Origin: Acidobacteriota bacterium
Lineage (GTDB): Bacteria; Acidobacteriota; CAIWXX01
Assembly (NCBI GenBank): GCA_040755995.1
Contig: JBFMAF010000010.1
Location: 1 to 64,000 of the forward strand
Reading direction: 5' to 3'
DNA: 64,000 nt
Made by a program: the position numbers and the translations under genes. Below are positions 46,586-56,278 of the stretch, piece by piece. The number at the start of each line of letters is the position of its first letter. Position 1 is the stretch's first letter. The notes under the pieces were generated by a model. That model was not told where the DNA came from and ran no database searches. It worked only from the letters and a program-made list of their open reading frames with translations.

Positions 46586-49480
46586 ATGAAGTCCAACTGG
46601 TTACTCGGGCTTCTGGTGATCGGCGTGATCGCATTTGCGCCGGTTGCCAATGCCCAGATGAGCCAAGGGCAGATTTACGGCTCGGTCGAAGATGAGACCG
46701 GCGGTGTTCTGCCCGGTGTTACCGTCACGTTGACGGGCACGCAGATCGGCACCATGACCCAGACCACGGGGATCAACGGCGATTTCCACTTCATTCGTCT
46801 TGACCCCGGCGACTATGATGTGCAGTGCGAGCTCGAAGGCTTCGCCACGTACGCCCAGAAGCAGATCGTGGTATCGGTCGGTGGCGCAGTCAACCTGAAG
46901 ATCGTCATGAAGCCGACGACAGTGGCTGAGACGATCACCGTTACCGCTGAGCAGCCGATTCTCGACACCAAGAAGACCGGCGTCGGCCAGAACGTGACTC
47001 AGGAGATCCTGGCGAACGTTCCGACCTCCCGCGACCCATGGGTGGTCCTGTCGATGGTGTCGGGCATCATCGTCGACCGCGTGAACATCGCGGGCGCCGA
47101 GGGCGGCCAGCAGTCCGAGTTCAATGCCCGCGGGGACGTGGGCGGCGACAACTCCATGTGGAACATGGACGGCGTCACGATCACCGACATGGCGGCCGTG
47201 GGCTCCTCGCCGACCTACTACGACTTCGACGCGTTCGAGGAGATCCAGGTCACGACAGGCGGCAACGACCCGGGCCAGGCCACAGGGGGCATGGGCGTCA
47301 ACTTCGTGACCAAGCGCGGCGGCGACATTCCGAAGGGCTCCGCGCGCATGTACATCACCAGTGAGGGCCTGCAGGCCAACAACGTGAAGGACATGAACAC
47401 GGCGATTCCGCCTGCGGCGCCAAACGGCGAGACGACACTGGACGGGCACAAGTGGAATCCTCGGTTCACCCGGCCGATTCTCTTCAAGTCGCGCGACTAC
47501 GGAATTGAAATCGGCGGCCCGATCATCAAAGAGAAGGCGTGGTACTGGGGCGCGGTGGGCGTTCAGGACATCCAGACAATCGCAGTCGGCGGCGCTCCCG
47601 ACAACACCCAGCTCGAGAACGTGAGCTTCAAGGTCAACACGCAGTTCACCGAGAACGACACTTTCACGTTCTTCTACTATCGCGGCGACAAGATCAAGAG
47701 AGGCCGTAACGCCGGCGCGACCCGGCCGATCGAGACCACGTGGAACCAGAAGGGCCCGACCGGCATCTACAAGGTCGAGGGCAGCCACATTGTGAATCCG
47801 AACTTCTACATCAGCGGCAAGTTCGGCTATGTCGGCGGTGGTTTCTCGCTGACCCCACAGGGCGGCTTGAACGCGAATATGTATCGCGACAGCAGCCTGG
47901 TCTGGCACGGCTCCTACTTGGAATACGTCACGGAACGTCCTCAGTGGCAGATCACAGGCGACACCAACTACTTCATGACCGCCGGCGGCAGCCACGAGTT
48001 CAAAGCTGGGTTCCAGTATCGTCGTGCGACGACCGAGTCGACCACCCAGTATCCGCGCAACATCGTTGCGGACGAATACTCGGGTACCGCCTGGCTGTAT
48101 CGTGCTGCGCACAACTACAACGTGCTGAACTTCCTGAGCTTCTGGGCCGGCGACACATGGACAGCTGGCCGTCTGACTGCCAACCTCGGCATCCGATTCG
48201 ACCAGCAGAAGGGCAAGCGGCTCGCTACCAGCACCACCGAGACGGCTGACCAGACTCTCCTGCCGGCCATGAGCGTTACGGATGCGGATGCGCCGTTCTC
48301 CTGGACCGACATTTCGCCTCGCCTCGGTGTGACCTACGATCTGATGGGCGACGGGAAGACGATCCTTCGCGGCAGCTTCGCCCGGTACGCCGACCAGCTC
48401 AACTCTGGATCTGTCGCCTACATGAGCCCGATCTCAGGGGCGAGCGAGCTCGACTACTATTGGACTGACCTCAACTCAGACCACATCGCTCAGTGGAACG
48501 AGATCGACTTCGCGTACGGGCCGGTGGGTATCTACTATGTCGACCCGCTGGATCCGACCCGAGCCTACAACGCAGTCGACGCCGACCTGACGGCTCCGAA
48601 GCGTCTCGAGTTCATCGTGGGCGGCGAGCGCGAGGTCATGATGAACTTCTCGGTCGGCGGCAACTTCGTGTACCGCAAGGCCGACAACCTGACCTGGAAC
48701 CCGATCACAGGGTACAAGAACCCGAACGACATCCTGAAGTCAAGCGACTACGTCGTGGCGGGCACGATCAGCGGCACGCTGCCTGATGGCACCGCCTACG
48801 CCATGCCTTACTACAGGATGAACGACGCACGGCGCGCGCAGTACGGAGCCGGTATCGACCACCTCTTCACCAACCAGGAAGGCTACAGCCAGAAGTACCA
48901 GGGCTTCGAGCTCTTCGCGACCAAGCGGCTCAGCAACAAGTGGATGGTGAACGCATCATTCAACTATCAGACTGACCGCGAGTACTTCGACGGCACGGCC
49001 GGCATCCAGGATCCGACCAACATTCACGACGGCGACGATGCGGCCTTCCAGTCCCAGAGCAGCGGCAAGTCCGGCTACTGGATCGGCACGCCCAAGTGGC
49101 AGTTCAACGCCAACGGCATGTACCAGTTCGTGTACGGGATCAGCGCTTCGGCGAACCTGATCTCCCGCGAGGGCTTCCCGGTTGTGTACTACCGCTCAAG
49201 GTACTACGTGGATCCGGGCGTCGTGATCAAGAACGTGCGCGCCAAGAAGATGGCCGATGCGCAGAAGCTCCCGAACATGATGGAGCTCGATGTGCGCGTC
49301 TCCAAGGCAATCTCGCTTGGCGACAAGGGTAACATCAACCTCGACCTGGATATCTTCAACATCCTGAACAAGAGCACGGTTCTCCACGTCCAGGAGAGCC
49401 TGAGCTCTTCGAGCTTGGATATGATCCAGGATCTGATGTATCCTCGGACCGTGAGATTCGGGCTGCGCTACAGCTTCTAG
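46586..49480 (+). CDS. TonB-dependent receptor-like (Oar-type) outer-membrane protein with carboxypeptidase-regulatory N-domain
   Basis: AAGGAGG RBS, signal peptide, G.V.D..GGVLPGVTVTL, plug DAFEEIQVTTGG...VNFVTKRGG, C-terminal PRTVRFGLRYSF. Confidence 0.92.
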   Translation: MKSNWLLGLLVIGVIAFAPVANAQMSQGQIYGSVEDETGGVLPGVTVTLTGTQIGTMTQTTGINGDFHFIRLDPGDYDVQCELEGFATYAQKQIVVSVGGAVNLKIVMKPTTVAETITVTAEQPILDTKKTGVGQNVTQEILANVPTSRDPWVVLSMVSGIIVDRVNIAGAEGGQQSEFNARGDVGGDNSMWNMDGVTITDMAAVGSSPTYYDFDAFEEIQVTTGGNDPGQATGGMGVNFVTKRGGDIPKGSARMYITSEGLQANNVKDMNTAIPPAAPNGETTLDGHKWNPRFTRPILFKSRDYGIEIGGPIIKEKAWYWGAVGVQDIQTIAVGGAPDNTQLENVSFKVNTQFTENDTFTFFYYRGDKIKRGRNAGATRPIETTWNQKGPTGIYKVEGSHIVNPNFYISGKFGYVGGGFSLTPQGGLNANMYRDSSLVWHGSYLEYVTERPQWQITGDTNYFMTAGGSHEFKAGFQYRRATTESTTQYPRNIVADEYSGTAWLYRAAHNYNVLNFLSFWAGDTWTAGRLTANLGIRFDQQKGKRLATSTTETADQTLLPAMSVTDADAPFSWTDISPRLGVTYDLMGDGKTILRGSFARYADQLNSGSVAYMSPISGASELDYYWTDLNSDHIAQWNEIDFAYGPVGIYYVDPLDPTRAYNAVDADLTAPKRLEFIVGGEREVMMNFSVGGNFVYRKADNLTWNPITGYKNPNDILKSSDYVVAGTISGTLPDGTAYAMPYYRMNDARRAQYGAGIDHLFTNQEGYSQKYQGFELFATKRLSNKWMVNASFNYQTDREYFDGTAGIQDPTNIHDGDDAAFQSQSSGKSGYWIGTPKWQFNANGMYQFVYGISASANLISREGFPVVYYRSRYYVDPGVVIKNVRAKKMADAQKLPNMMELDVRVSKAISLGDKGNINLDLDIFNILNKSTVLHVQESLSSSSLDMIQDLMYPRTVRFGLRYSF

Positions 49481-49498
49481 TAGCATCCTAGATCTCTC

Positions 49499-49531
49499 AA
49501 AGGGCCCCCGCGGCGCGGGGGCCCTTTTTTT
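49499..49531 (+). terminator. rho-independent terminator
   Basis: AAAGGGCCCCCGC-GGC-GCGGGGGCCC followed by T7. Confidence 0.93.
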
Positions 49532-49663
49532 GTTAGCACGCCGAGCCTCTCCAAGTCTTCAAGCCACTATGCGGCACCCAGTGATCCGGTGATCACGGCC
49601 TATTGATCTTCAGGCGCGCACCTGTTAGGTTCGTATCATAAGGAGTGTTGCGAAGGAGTGTTT

Positions 49664-50230
49664 ATGCCCGGTCCAGTCTTGTCGGAACAGGCCAAACTCA
49701 CATACGAGGACTACGCTTTATTCCCGGAGGACGGAAAGCGCCACGAGATTATCGATGGGGTGCACTACATGAGTCCCGCGCCAACCATCAGGCACCAGCG
49801 AATTGTGAAGCGCCTAGTTGTGGAGATCGAGTTGTACCTGCGCGCGAACCCTGGCGGCGAAGTCCACGTGTCGCCGACCGATGTGGTCCTGTCGAATGTC
49901 GACGTCGTGCAGCCGGACCTGCTGTTCGTATCCAGTGCCCGAGCGGCCGTCACAACGGAGAAGAACATTCAGGGCGCGCCCGACCTGGCAGTCGAGGTCC
50001 TCTCGGAGAAGACGCGGAGAGTGGACGAGGTCACCAAGCGTAGGCGTTACGAGCAGTTCGGGGTGCAGGAGTATTGGGTGGTTGATCCTGAACTCGAGAG
50101 CGTCAGGCTTTATCGGATGCAGGAAGGACGATTCGAGCGCGCTGCTGACCTCACAATCGAGCGCCAGGACATCCTTTCAACGCCATTGCTCCCTGGTCTC
50201 GTCATCCCGCTGAGCAAGATATTCGCGTAA
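49664..50230 (+). CDS. Uma2/DUF820 family endonuclease-fold protein
   Basis: RHEIIDG..MSPAP...HQ, VQPDL, GAPDLAVEVLS, YEQFGVQEYWVVDP. Confidence 0.93.
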   Translation: MPGPVLSEQAKLTYEDYALFPEDGKRHEIIDGVHYMSPAPTIRHQRIVKRLVVEIELYLRANPGGEVHVSPTDVVLSNVDVVQPDLLFVSSARAAVTTEKNIQGAPDLAVEVLSEKTRRVDEVTKRRRYEQFGVQEYWVVDPELESVRLYRMQEGRFERAADLTIERQDILSTPLLPGLVIPLSKIFA

Positions 50231-50351
50231 GCAGGCACTCGCAAGTTGCGCGGTTGATCCGTCGCTGCCTTCCGAGCGCGCCCAGAAACGCGGCGCAGGA
50301 GAGAAGTGACTTGTGCACCCCGTCGATCGGGAACACGCTTGCATCGTCCTT

Positions 50352-50381
50352 TTGACTACTCCTCGTCCGCCTTGCTACACT
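50352..50381 (+). promoter_or_regulatory. candidate sigma70 promoter
   Basis: TTGACT-18 bp-TACACT with TGn extended -10. Confidence 0.4.
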
Positions 50382-50532
50382 ATGTTATTGGAGTAGGCGG
50401 GTTGACTGATGGGTGCATCAAGGCGACGGAGCCAGCGGCCTCGCGCCCGCGCGGATGCCCTGAGTCTATCGGCGCCCTGATGCGTTGTCTCTGCGGCATG
50501 GACACTGCGACAATGGATAAGCAAACGGAGGT

Positions 50533-51471
50533 ATGGATCTCATGAGAAGGATATCATTTGCCGGAATCGTATTGCTCATTTCGTCTTCCCTACTCATGGC
50601 TCAGACGTGGAGGGGAAAGGGCAGGCTCGAGGGGACGGTGACGGACTCGCAGGGCAAGCCCGTAGTCGGAGCCGTGGTCAAGTTGCAGAACGTGAGCAAG
50701 GGTGGGAGCTTCGAGCTCAAGACTGATGAGAAGGGGAACTGGGTGGCGGGCGGCATCGCGTCGGGCGTGTGGTACATCGACGTCGGCGCGCAGGGATACC
50801 GCCTGAGGCAGCTTTCGGCGCAGGTGAGCGAGGTCACAAGAGGCAAGCCGGTCGTAGTCACGCTCGAGCCCGATCCGCTCGCAGTAGCCGGGGCGCTCGA
50901 CGAGGCGAAGAAGAAGGAGCTCTCCGCCCAGCTGGGCAAGGGTGATGCGCTGTTTCAGGAAGGCAGTTACGAACAGGCCCTGGCCGAGTACCAGGCCATT
51001 CTGGCGAAGTACCCCGAGGTCGCCCTGGTCAACGTCAGCGTCGCGAACTGCTACTACGAGATGAAGCAGCCGGAGAAGGCCATCGAAGCGTTGACACTGG
51101 CCCTCGAAAAGAACCCGACTTCCACAGACGTGATCGTGCGCCTGGGTAACATCTACGCCGAGACCGGCAATCTGGCGAAGGCGCTGGAGTATTTCGGCAA
51201 GATCGACGAGAAGTCGATTACCAACCCGGTGACCTTTTACAACATCGGCGTGCTCCTCTTCAATAATCAGAGGATACCTGAGGCCAAGGGCTACTTCGAG
51301 AAGTCGATCACACTGGACCCGAGTTTCGCCGACGGCTACTACCAGCTCGGGCTTTGCCTCGTCAATCAGAACGATCTTGCGAAGGCGAAAGAGGTCTTCA
51401 ACAAGTTCCTGGCGCTGGCGCCGGACCACCCTAATGCGCCCATGGTGCAGAACATCATGAAGAGCCTGTGA
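50533..51471 (+). CDS. exported carboxypeptidase-regulatory-like + TPR protein
   Basis: signal peptide, GRLEGTVTDSQGKPVVGA, multiple TPR motifs. Confidence 0.88.
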   Translation: MDLMRRISFAGIVLLISSSLLMAQTWRGKGRLEGTVTDSQGKPVVGAVVKLQNVSKGGSFELKTDEKGNWVAGGIASGVWYIDVGAQGYRLRQLSAQVSEVTRGKPVVVTLEPDPLAVAGALDEAKKKELSAQLGKGDALFQEGSYEQALAEYQAILAKYPEVALVNVSVANCYYEMKQPEKAIEALTLALEKNPTSTDVIVRLGNIYAETGNLAKALEYFGKIDEKSITNPVTFYNIGVLLFNNQRIPEAKGYFEKSITLDPSFADGYYQLGLCLVNQNDLAKAKEVFNKFLALAPDHPNAPMVQNIMKSL

Positions 51472-51546
51472 TGGCCGAACAGAGCGGCATGATTGGATCC
51501 GCGGGTTTGTGTTGCACCAGCGGCGCAGCCTCGGAGTGAAGCTGGG

Positions 51547-51582
51547 ATCTGCGGCATCTCCTGAATCTGCGTAGTCTGCGGA
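51547..51582 (+). repeat. 9-mer tract (ATCTGCGNN) x4
   Basis: atctgcggc atctcctga atctgcgta gtctgcgga. Confidence 0.6.
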
Positions 51583-51598
51583 CGAGTCCGGGGCCGGC

Positions 51599-53758
51599 TT
51601 GAACACACCGCGAACAGAGAGGATCGGAGCGATCGCCGGCGTGGCCGTCTGCGCCTTCGCGACAGCCCTTCTGGTGATGTCGGGATGTGGGGCCGGAGTC
51701 AAGAGCGCCGCCTCGGGCACAAACGCGCTCCTCATCACCATCGACACGTTGCGCGCAGACCACCTCGGCTGCTACGGCTACGCGTCCGGCTCGACGCCGA
51801 GTATCGATGGCATGGCTCGAATGGGCGTTCTCTTCAAGCGCGTTCACGCGCACAACACGGTCACGCTCCCTTCGCACACCAACATCCTGACGGGGCTCTA
51901 CCCTGTCGTTCACGGCGTGCACGACAACACGGGGTTCCGCGTTCCCGGAAATGCCGAGACGGTGGCGAGCATGCTGAGGGCCAAGGGGTTCGCATGTGGA
52001 GCTTTTGTGGGAGCGTTTCCCGTCGACTCGCGGTTCGGTCTGAACAGAGGCTTCGACGTCTACGACGACTTCTATGGAGACGCTACAGGAGCTGCTGATT
52101 TCCGGTTTGTGGAGAGACGGGCGGAAGATGTGGTAACGCCCTTCGTGGAGTGGCTCGACTCGCAGCCTCCACCGGCTGAAGGGGCCCGGGGGAATCCGCT
52201 TCGCTGGTTCGCGTGGGTGCACCTCTACGATCCACACTCGCCGTATGATCCGCCGGAGCCGTTCAAGACGAGGTTCTCTTCACTCCCGTACGACGGCGAG
52301 ATCGCCTACACGGATTCGCAGGTCGGGCGCCTGCTGTCTCACCTTCGCGACGGGGGCTGGTTGGACTCGACCTACGTCGTCTTGACATCCGATCACGGCG
52401 AGGGTCTGGGCGACCACAACGAGGCGACTCATGGTGTGTTCGCATACGAGAGCACGCTCCGCGTGCCGTTAGTCGTCATCGGGCCCGGCGTGCAACCCAG
52501 AGTCGTCGAGACCACGGTGCGCCACGTGGACGTGGTGCCGACCCTGCTGGCATTGTTGGCGCAGCCGGTTCCGGCCGCGCTGAACGGACGCAGTCTCGTT
52601 CCACTGCTGCTCGGCAAGGGCGACCTGGTGCAGGAGGGTGCGTATTTCGAGGCCCTCAGCGCGAGCCTGAATCGCGGGTGGGCGCCGCTTCGAGGATTCA
52701 TGAGCGGGCGGTACAAGTACATCGACCTTCCTGTTCAGGAGCTCTATGATTTGGAGACGGATCCTATGGAAGCGGTGAACCTCGCCGCGAAGCAGCCTGC
52801 CGTCCTCAAGGAGTTGCAGGGCAAGCTCGCGGCTTTCCATCGACCTGGCGAAGCGATTATGCCGGGCGAGGAAGACGCGGAGACAATCGAGAAGCTGAAG
52901 AGCCTCGGATACGTCGCGGGTGAAGCCCACCCGCCCAGGGCCGTCTACGGTGTGGCTGACGATCCCAAGAACTTGATCCAGATCGACAACCTGCTTGATG
53001 AGGGCATCCTGGCGGCTGGGAGCGGCAATCTGGAGAAGGCGAGAGACATCTTTGTTCGCATCCTCAAGGAACGCCCCACGATGACGATTGCGTACGGCCA
53101 CCTTGCGTACGTGTATCGCGAGATGGGCTACCCGGACAAAGCAGTCGACACCATCCGGGAAGCGATCGGAAGGGGTCTGAAGTCGGTGGAGCTCGACAGC
53201 CGGCTGGGGATGTTTCTGGATGAGGCTGGAAAGAGCCAGGAGGCGATACCGATTCTGGAGAGAGCGGCCGTTGGCGCGGGTGACAAAGTGGATGCCCTGA
53301 CATACCTGGGCATGGCATACGCGCACTCAAACCAAGCGGGCAAGGCCGTCGAGACGTTTCAGCGTATCCTGGATCTGGATCCACATAATGCGAGCGCTTA
53401 CGTGAACATGGGCACTGTGTACCTGCAGGCAAAGGACTACAGCAGGGCGGCCGGTGTAGTCGAAAAGGCGCTGCAGCTGGACCCGAAGCTCGCCTCGGCC
53501 CACAATCTCATGGGCGTAGTGATGGCCAACACGGGCAATCCCGAGGCCGCGATCGCGAGCTGGCGGCAGGCCGTAGCGCTGGATCACCGGCAGTACGACA
53601 CGATCTACAACCTCGCTCTGCTCTACATGCAGCTCGGGCGAGGCGCAGAAGCCCGGCAGTTCATGGACTTGTTCGTGCGCACGGCGCCGCCCGCGCGCTA
53701 CGGGCCGGACATCGATGAGTTCCGGCGGCTGCTACAACAGGCGCCTCAGTCCAGGTAG
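51599..53758 (+). CDS. sulfatase-family lipoprotein with C-terminal TPRs
   Basis: LLITIDTLRADHLGCYG, TLPSHTNILTG, WVHLYDPH, TSDHGEGLG.H, LKSLGYV, TPRs. Confidence 0.9.
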   Translation: MNTPRTERIGAIAGVAVCAFATALLVMSGCGAGVKSAASGTNALLITIDTLRADHLGCYGYASGSTPSIDGMARMGVLFKRVHAHNTVTLPSHTNILTGLYPVVHGVHDNTGFRVPGNAETVASMLRAKGFACGAFVGAFPVDSRFGLNRGFDVYDDFYGDATGAADFRFVERRAEDVVTPFVEWLDSQPPPAEGARGNPLRWFAWVHLYDPHSPYDPPEPFKTRFSSLPYDGEIAYTDSQVGRLLSHLRDGGWLDSTYVVLTSDHGEGLGDHNEATHGVFAYESTLRVPLVVIGPGVQPRVVETTVRHVDVVPTLLALLAQPVPAALNGRSLVPLLLGKGDLVQEGAYFEALSASLNRGWAPLRGFMSGRYKYIDLPVQELYDLETDPMEAVNLAAKQPAVLKELQGKLAAFHRPGEAIMPGEEDAETIEKLKSLGYVAGEAHPPRAVYGVADDPKNLIQIDNLLDEGILAAGSGNLEKARDIFVRILKERPTMTIAYGHLAYVYREMGYPDKAVDTIREAIGRGLKSVELDSRLGMFLDEAGKSQEAIPILERAAVGAGDKVDALTYLGMAYAHSNQAGKAVETFQRILDLDPHNASAYVNMGTVYLQAKDYSRAAGVVEKALQLDPKLASAHNLMGVVMANTGNPEAAIASWRQAVALDHRQYDTIYNLALLYMQLGRGAEARQFMDLFVRTAPPARYGPDIDEFRRLLQQAPQSR

Positions 53759-54037
53759 TCTCGACACACGAATCGCCCCGCAGGATTGCAGTTCCATCCC
53801 CGATTCAACGGGTGACCTGCGCGGCGCCTGCTGAGCCTCAAGCCACGGGGCTTGCGGCTGGCACGTCGGACATGCCCGGTTGCGATACCAGTCGTACTCT
53901 TCTTGTGCCGACCATGCTCGCATTGGCTTACGTGACCGCCGAGAACTGAACTGCCAGAGTTGGTCATGTCCCGGACAATCCGGTATACCGCTTGCGTCAG
54001 CCCCGAAAGGTGATCCTGGTGGCTCAGAATCTCTCTA

Positions 54038-55765
54038 TCACCACCGGCTCGAGATGGGTTCGATTGGAAAATCGAATAGTCGCGGGTCTTCGCAGATGAG
54101 CGTAGCAGAGAGGATGTACATCACGTAATCTCGGGTTTCCGGAGGGATCCACCCCTTCCGGTAGAAATTCCAGAAGCTCCGCTGGCCGGGGTCGTTGGGC
54201 AGGCGGTCCAATCTATCGATGATGCGAGTCTCCCCGTAGTTGTACGCGGCGATGACCAGGAGGCCGGAGGCCGCAGCCTTCGTGGAGTAGAGATAGGCGA
54301 GGTAGTGGGCGGCGGCCTGTGTAGATCGATTCTCGTCATGGCGTTGGTCCTGCGGATCGTATTGGCCCACATCCTTCAGCGGCCCGAGCCTGAGACCATA
54401 GTCGGCGGCCGTCGATGGAACGAACTGCCACATGCCCTTGGCGATCCCCAGGCGGGTCGGCGGACCGACTCGGCGACTGTCGAAGTCGCTTTCCTGGAGC
54501 GCGATGAATAGAAACTCGCGCGGCAGGCCGAACCGATCCAGCGCGAGTCGAATCTTCTTGGGTAGATCCTTGGAGCGGGCGCGATTGAGAGCTGTGCGCA
54601 GGCGCGCCGTCCTTCGCCATTTCTCGACGTAGTCCAGGACTGCCGGCTGGAAGCCGGCCGGGACGTCCATGTCGGTCTCTCCGAGCTTCCGTGCCAGCTT
54701 CATCAAGGCCTGCTCGACAGGGGTCCGGTGCTCGTATATCCCGAGACTCTCGAGGTATCTGTCGTAGTCCTGTTCCAGCTTCTCTTTCTTGTTGCGCAGA
54801 CTTTCGAACTGCTCTTCCGGCATCGACACTCGCCGTGCCACCAGCTCGGCTTCGATCAGCCTGATCTGGTGGAACACGACCTCGGCCATCTGCCGCAGTT
54901 GCAGGACTTGCTTGTGCTTCCGATACAGCTCGAACGAAATGGCGACCGAGACCGCAAGCACCATGATCGACAGCGCCACGAAGGGCCAGCGGCGGCGCCG
55001 GTAGTACCGCTGGGCCACGTCCAGCAGCATCATCGTGCGATCGCCGGCCGGCCCGCCTCTGGCCGCGGCCTCGATTCTCCGGATGATCTCGTCTGTCTCG
55101 ATGGGATGGTCTTTCTCATGGATCTGGCTGGCCCGGCCGAAGCGTATCTCGAAGAACGGCCCGCCCACCCCCAGTTGCACTCGATCGCCATCTCGCAAGT
55201 TCGCCGTCCGAACCCGGCTTCCGTTCACGTATGTCCCGCTTCTGCTTTGCAGGTCCACCAACTCAAAGTTCCCGGCCTCCAGGCGAATCCGGACGTGCCG
55301 AGTGGACACGGGTGAACCGTCGGCGCGCCCCACGACGATATCGTTCTCCCGGCCCCGCCCCATGGTGATCAGGCCGCGTGTCACGGGGATCGGCTCGTTT
55401 CCCGGCTCCCATGCTCCGGAGAGCGGAACGATCAGCGTGCCCGAGACAGGCGGGTCCAGGTGGACCTCCATCATCGGTCCGCCCTCCCCCAGCTCGATCC
55501 GATCTCCATCCTCAAGCACTCGCTCTCGCACGCGCTCACCGTTGACGAACGTGCCGTTCCTGCTGTCAAGATCGACCAGGACGTGGCGGCCCCTTTGGCG
55601 CCGGATCTCCGCGTGGTGGGCGGAGACGACGTTGTCGGGCCAGACGACGTCGTTGCCGTGGTCCCGCCCCACGCGGATCAGGTCGGCCTCAAGGGCGCTC
55701 GTTCCTCCCTCCAGGGAACCCCGCCTGTGAACCAGCCTGTTCGCCATTGCGTACATGATAGCCAT
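54038..55765 (-). CDS. FHA-FHA-TM-coiled coil-lytic transglycosylase (SLT/MltD-like)
   Basis: two GR...VS..H...D..S..G FHA domains; ALQESDF, AKGMWQF, AAYNYGE, ETRDYV. Confidence 0.9.
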   Translation of the reverse strand: MAIMYAMANRLVHRRGSLEGGTSALEADLIRVGRDHGNDVVWPDNVVSAHHAEIRRQRGRHVLVDLDSRNGTFVNGERVRERVLEDGDRIELGEGGPMMEVHLDPPVSGTLIVPLSGAWEPGNEPIPVTRGLITMGRGRENDIVVGRADGSPVSTRHVRIRLEAGNFELVDLQSRSGTYVNGSRVRTANLRDGDRVQLGVGGPFFEIRFGRASQIHEKDHPIETDEIIRRIEAAARGGPAGDRTMMLLDVAQRYYRRRRWPFVALSIMVLAVSVAISFELYRKHKQVLQLRQMAEVVFHQIRLIEAELVARRVSMPEEQFESLRNKKEKLEQDYDRYLESLGIYEHRTPVEQALMKLARKLGETDMDVPAGFQPAVLDYVEKWRRTARLRTALNRARSKDLPKKIRLALDRFGLPREFLFIALQESDFDSRRVGPPTRLGIAKGMWQFVPSTAADYGLRLGPLKDVGQYDPQDQRHDENRSTQAAAHYLAYLYSTKAAASGLLVIAAYNYGETRIIDRLDRLPNDPGQRSFWNFYRKGWIPPETRDYVMYILSATLICEDPRLFDFPIEPISSRW

Positions 55766-55862
55766 CTGCCTGGATGATGCAAGAAGCAGGATGAGCGGGG
55801 AGTGTGGTATCCTCTGGTTCAGGCCCTTTCAGTACGCCACCGTATGGAAAGGGCGTCAAGGA

Positions 55863-56132
55863 ATGAGAACGAGCAGACGGCTCACTCGAGAGGACTGGGG
55901 GCGCGAGGCTCTGAAGGCTCTGGGGGAGTCGGGGCTCGTGGATACGAGTTCATTCCGCTGGAGACAGCTCTCGAAGATGAGGCGTTCCGAATACCCGACA
56001 CCTACACGGGCCCCGCGGGTATCAGCTGGTTGCATCGCTGGGTGCTCGCGATGGGCAAGAGGGGGCTGCTCGTCGCCGACGAGCCCCGGACGGCGGAATT
56101 CGTCGTGAAGGAGGCCGGGGTCAGCGAGGAAT
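55863..56132 (+). pseudogene. chimeric remnant: TetR-like 5' fragment joined out of frame to a polysaccharide-deacetylase-like 3' fragment
   Basis: MRTSRRLTREDWGREALKALGESG then, in another frame, RGYEFIPLETALEDEAF...DTYTGPAGISWLHRW. Confidence 0.55.
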
Positions 56133-56278
56133 TATTCTCCTCGGCGCCGGATCCTCGTCCAGTCGGTGCTACCGCGGGGCGGCCTCAGCTCTCGCGTGAT
56201 CGGTTGGGTTGTGGAGCGGACCGGAGCCGAGTGCCGCCTCGACTCCGGTCCGGACTCTCGGGTTTGACGCGCCGAAGC

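Noticed and set aside
50313..50417. possible structured ncRNA (TGCACCC/GGGTGCA, TACTCC/GGAGTA pairings)
   Set aside because: short helices only, no recognisable family, and it overlaps a candidate promoter
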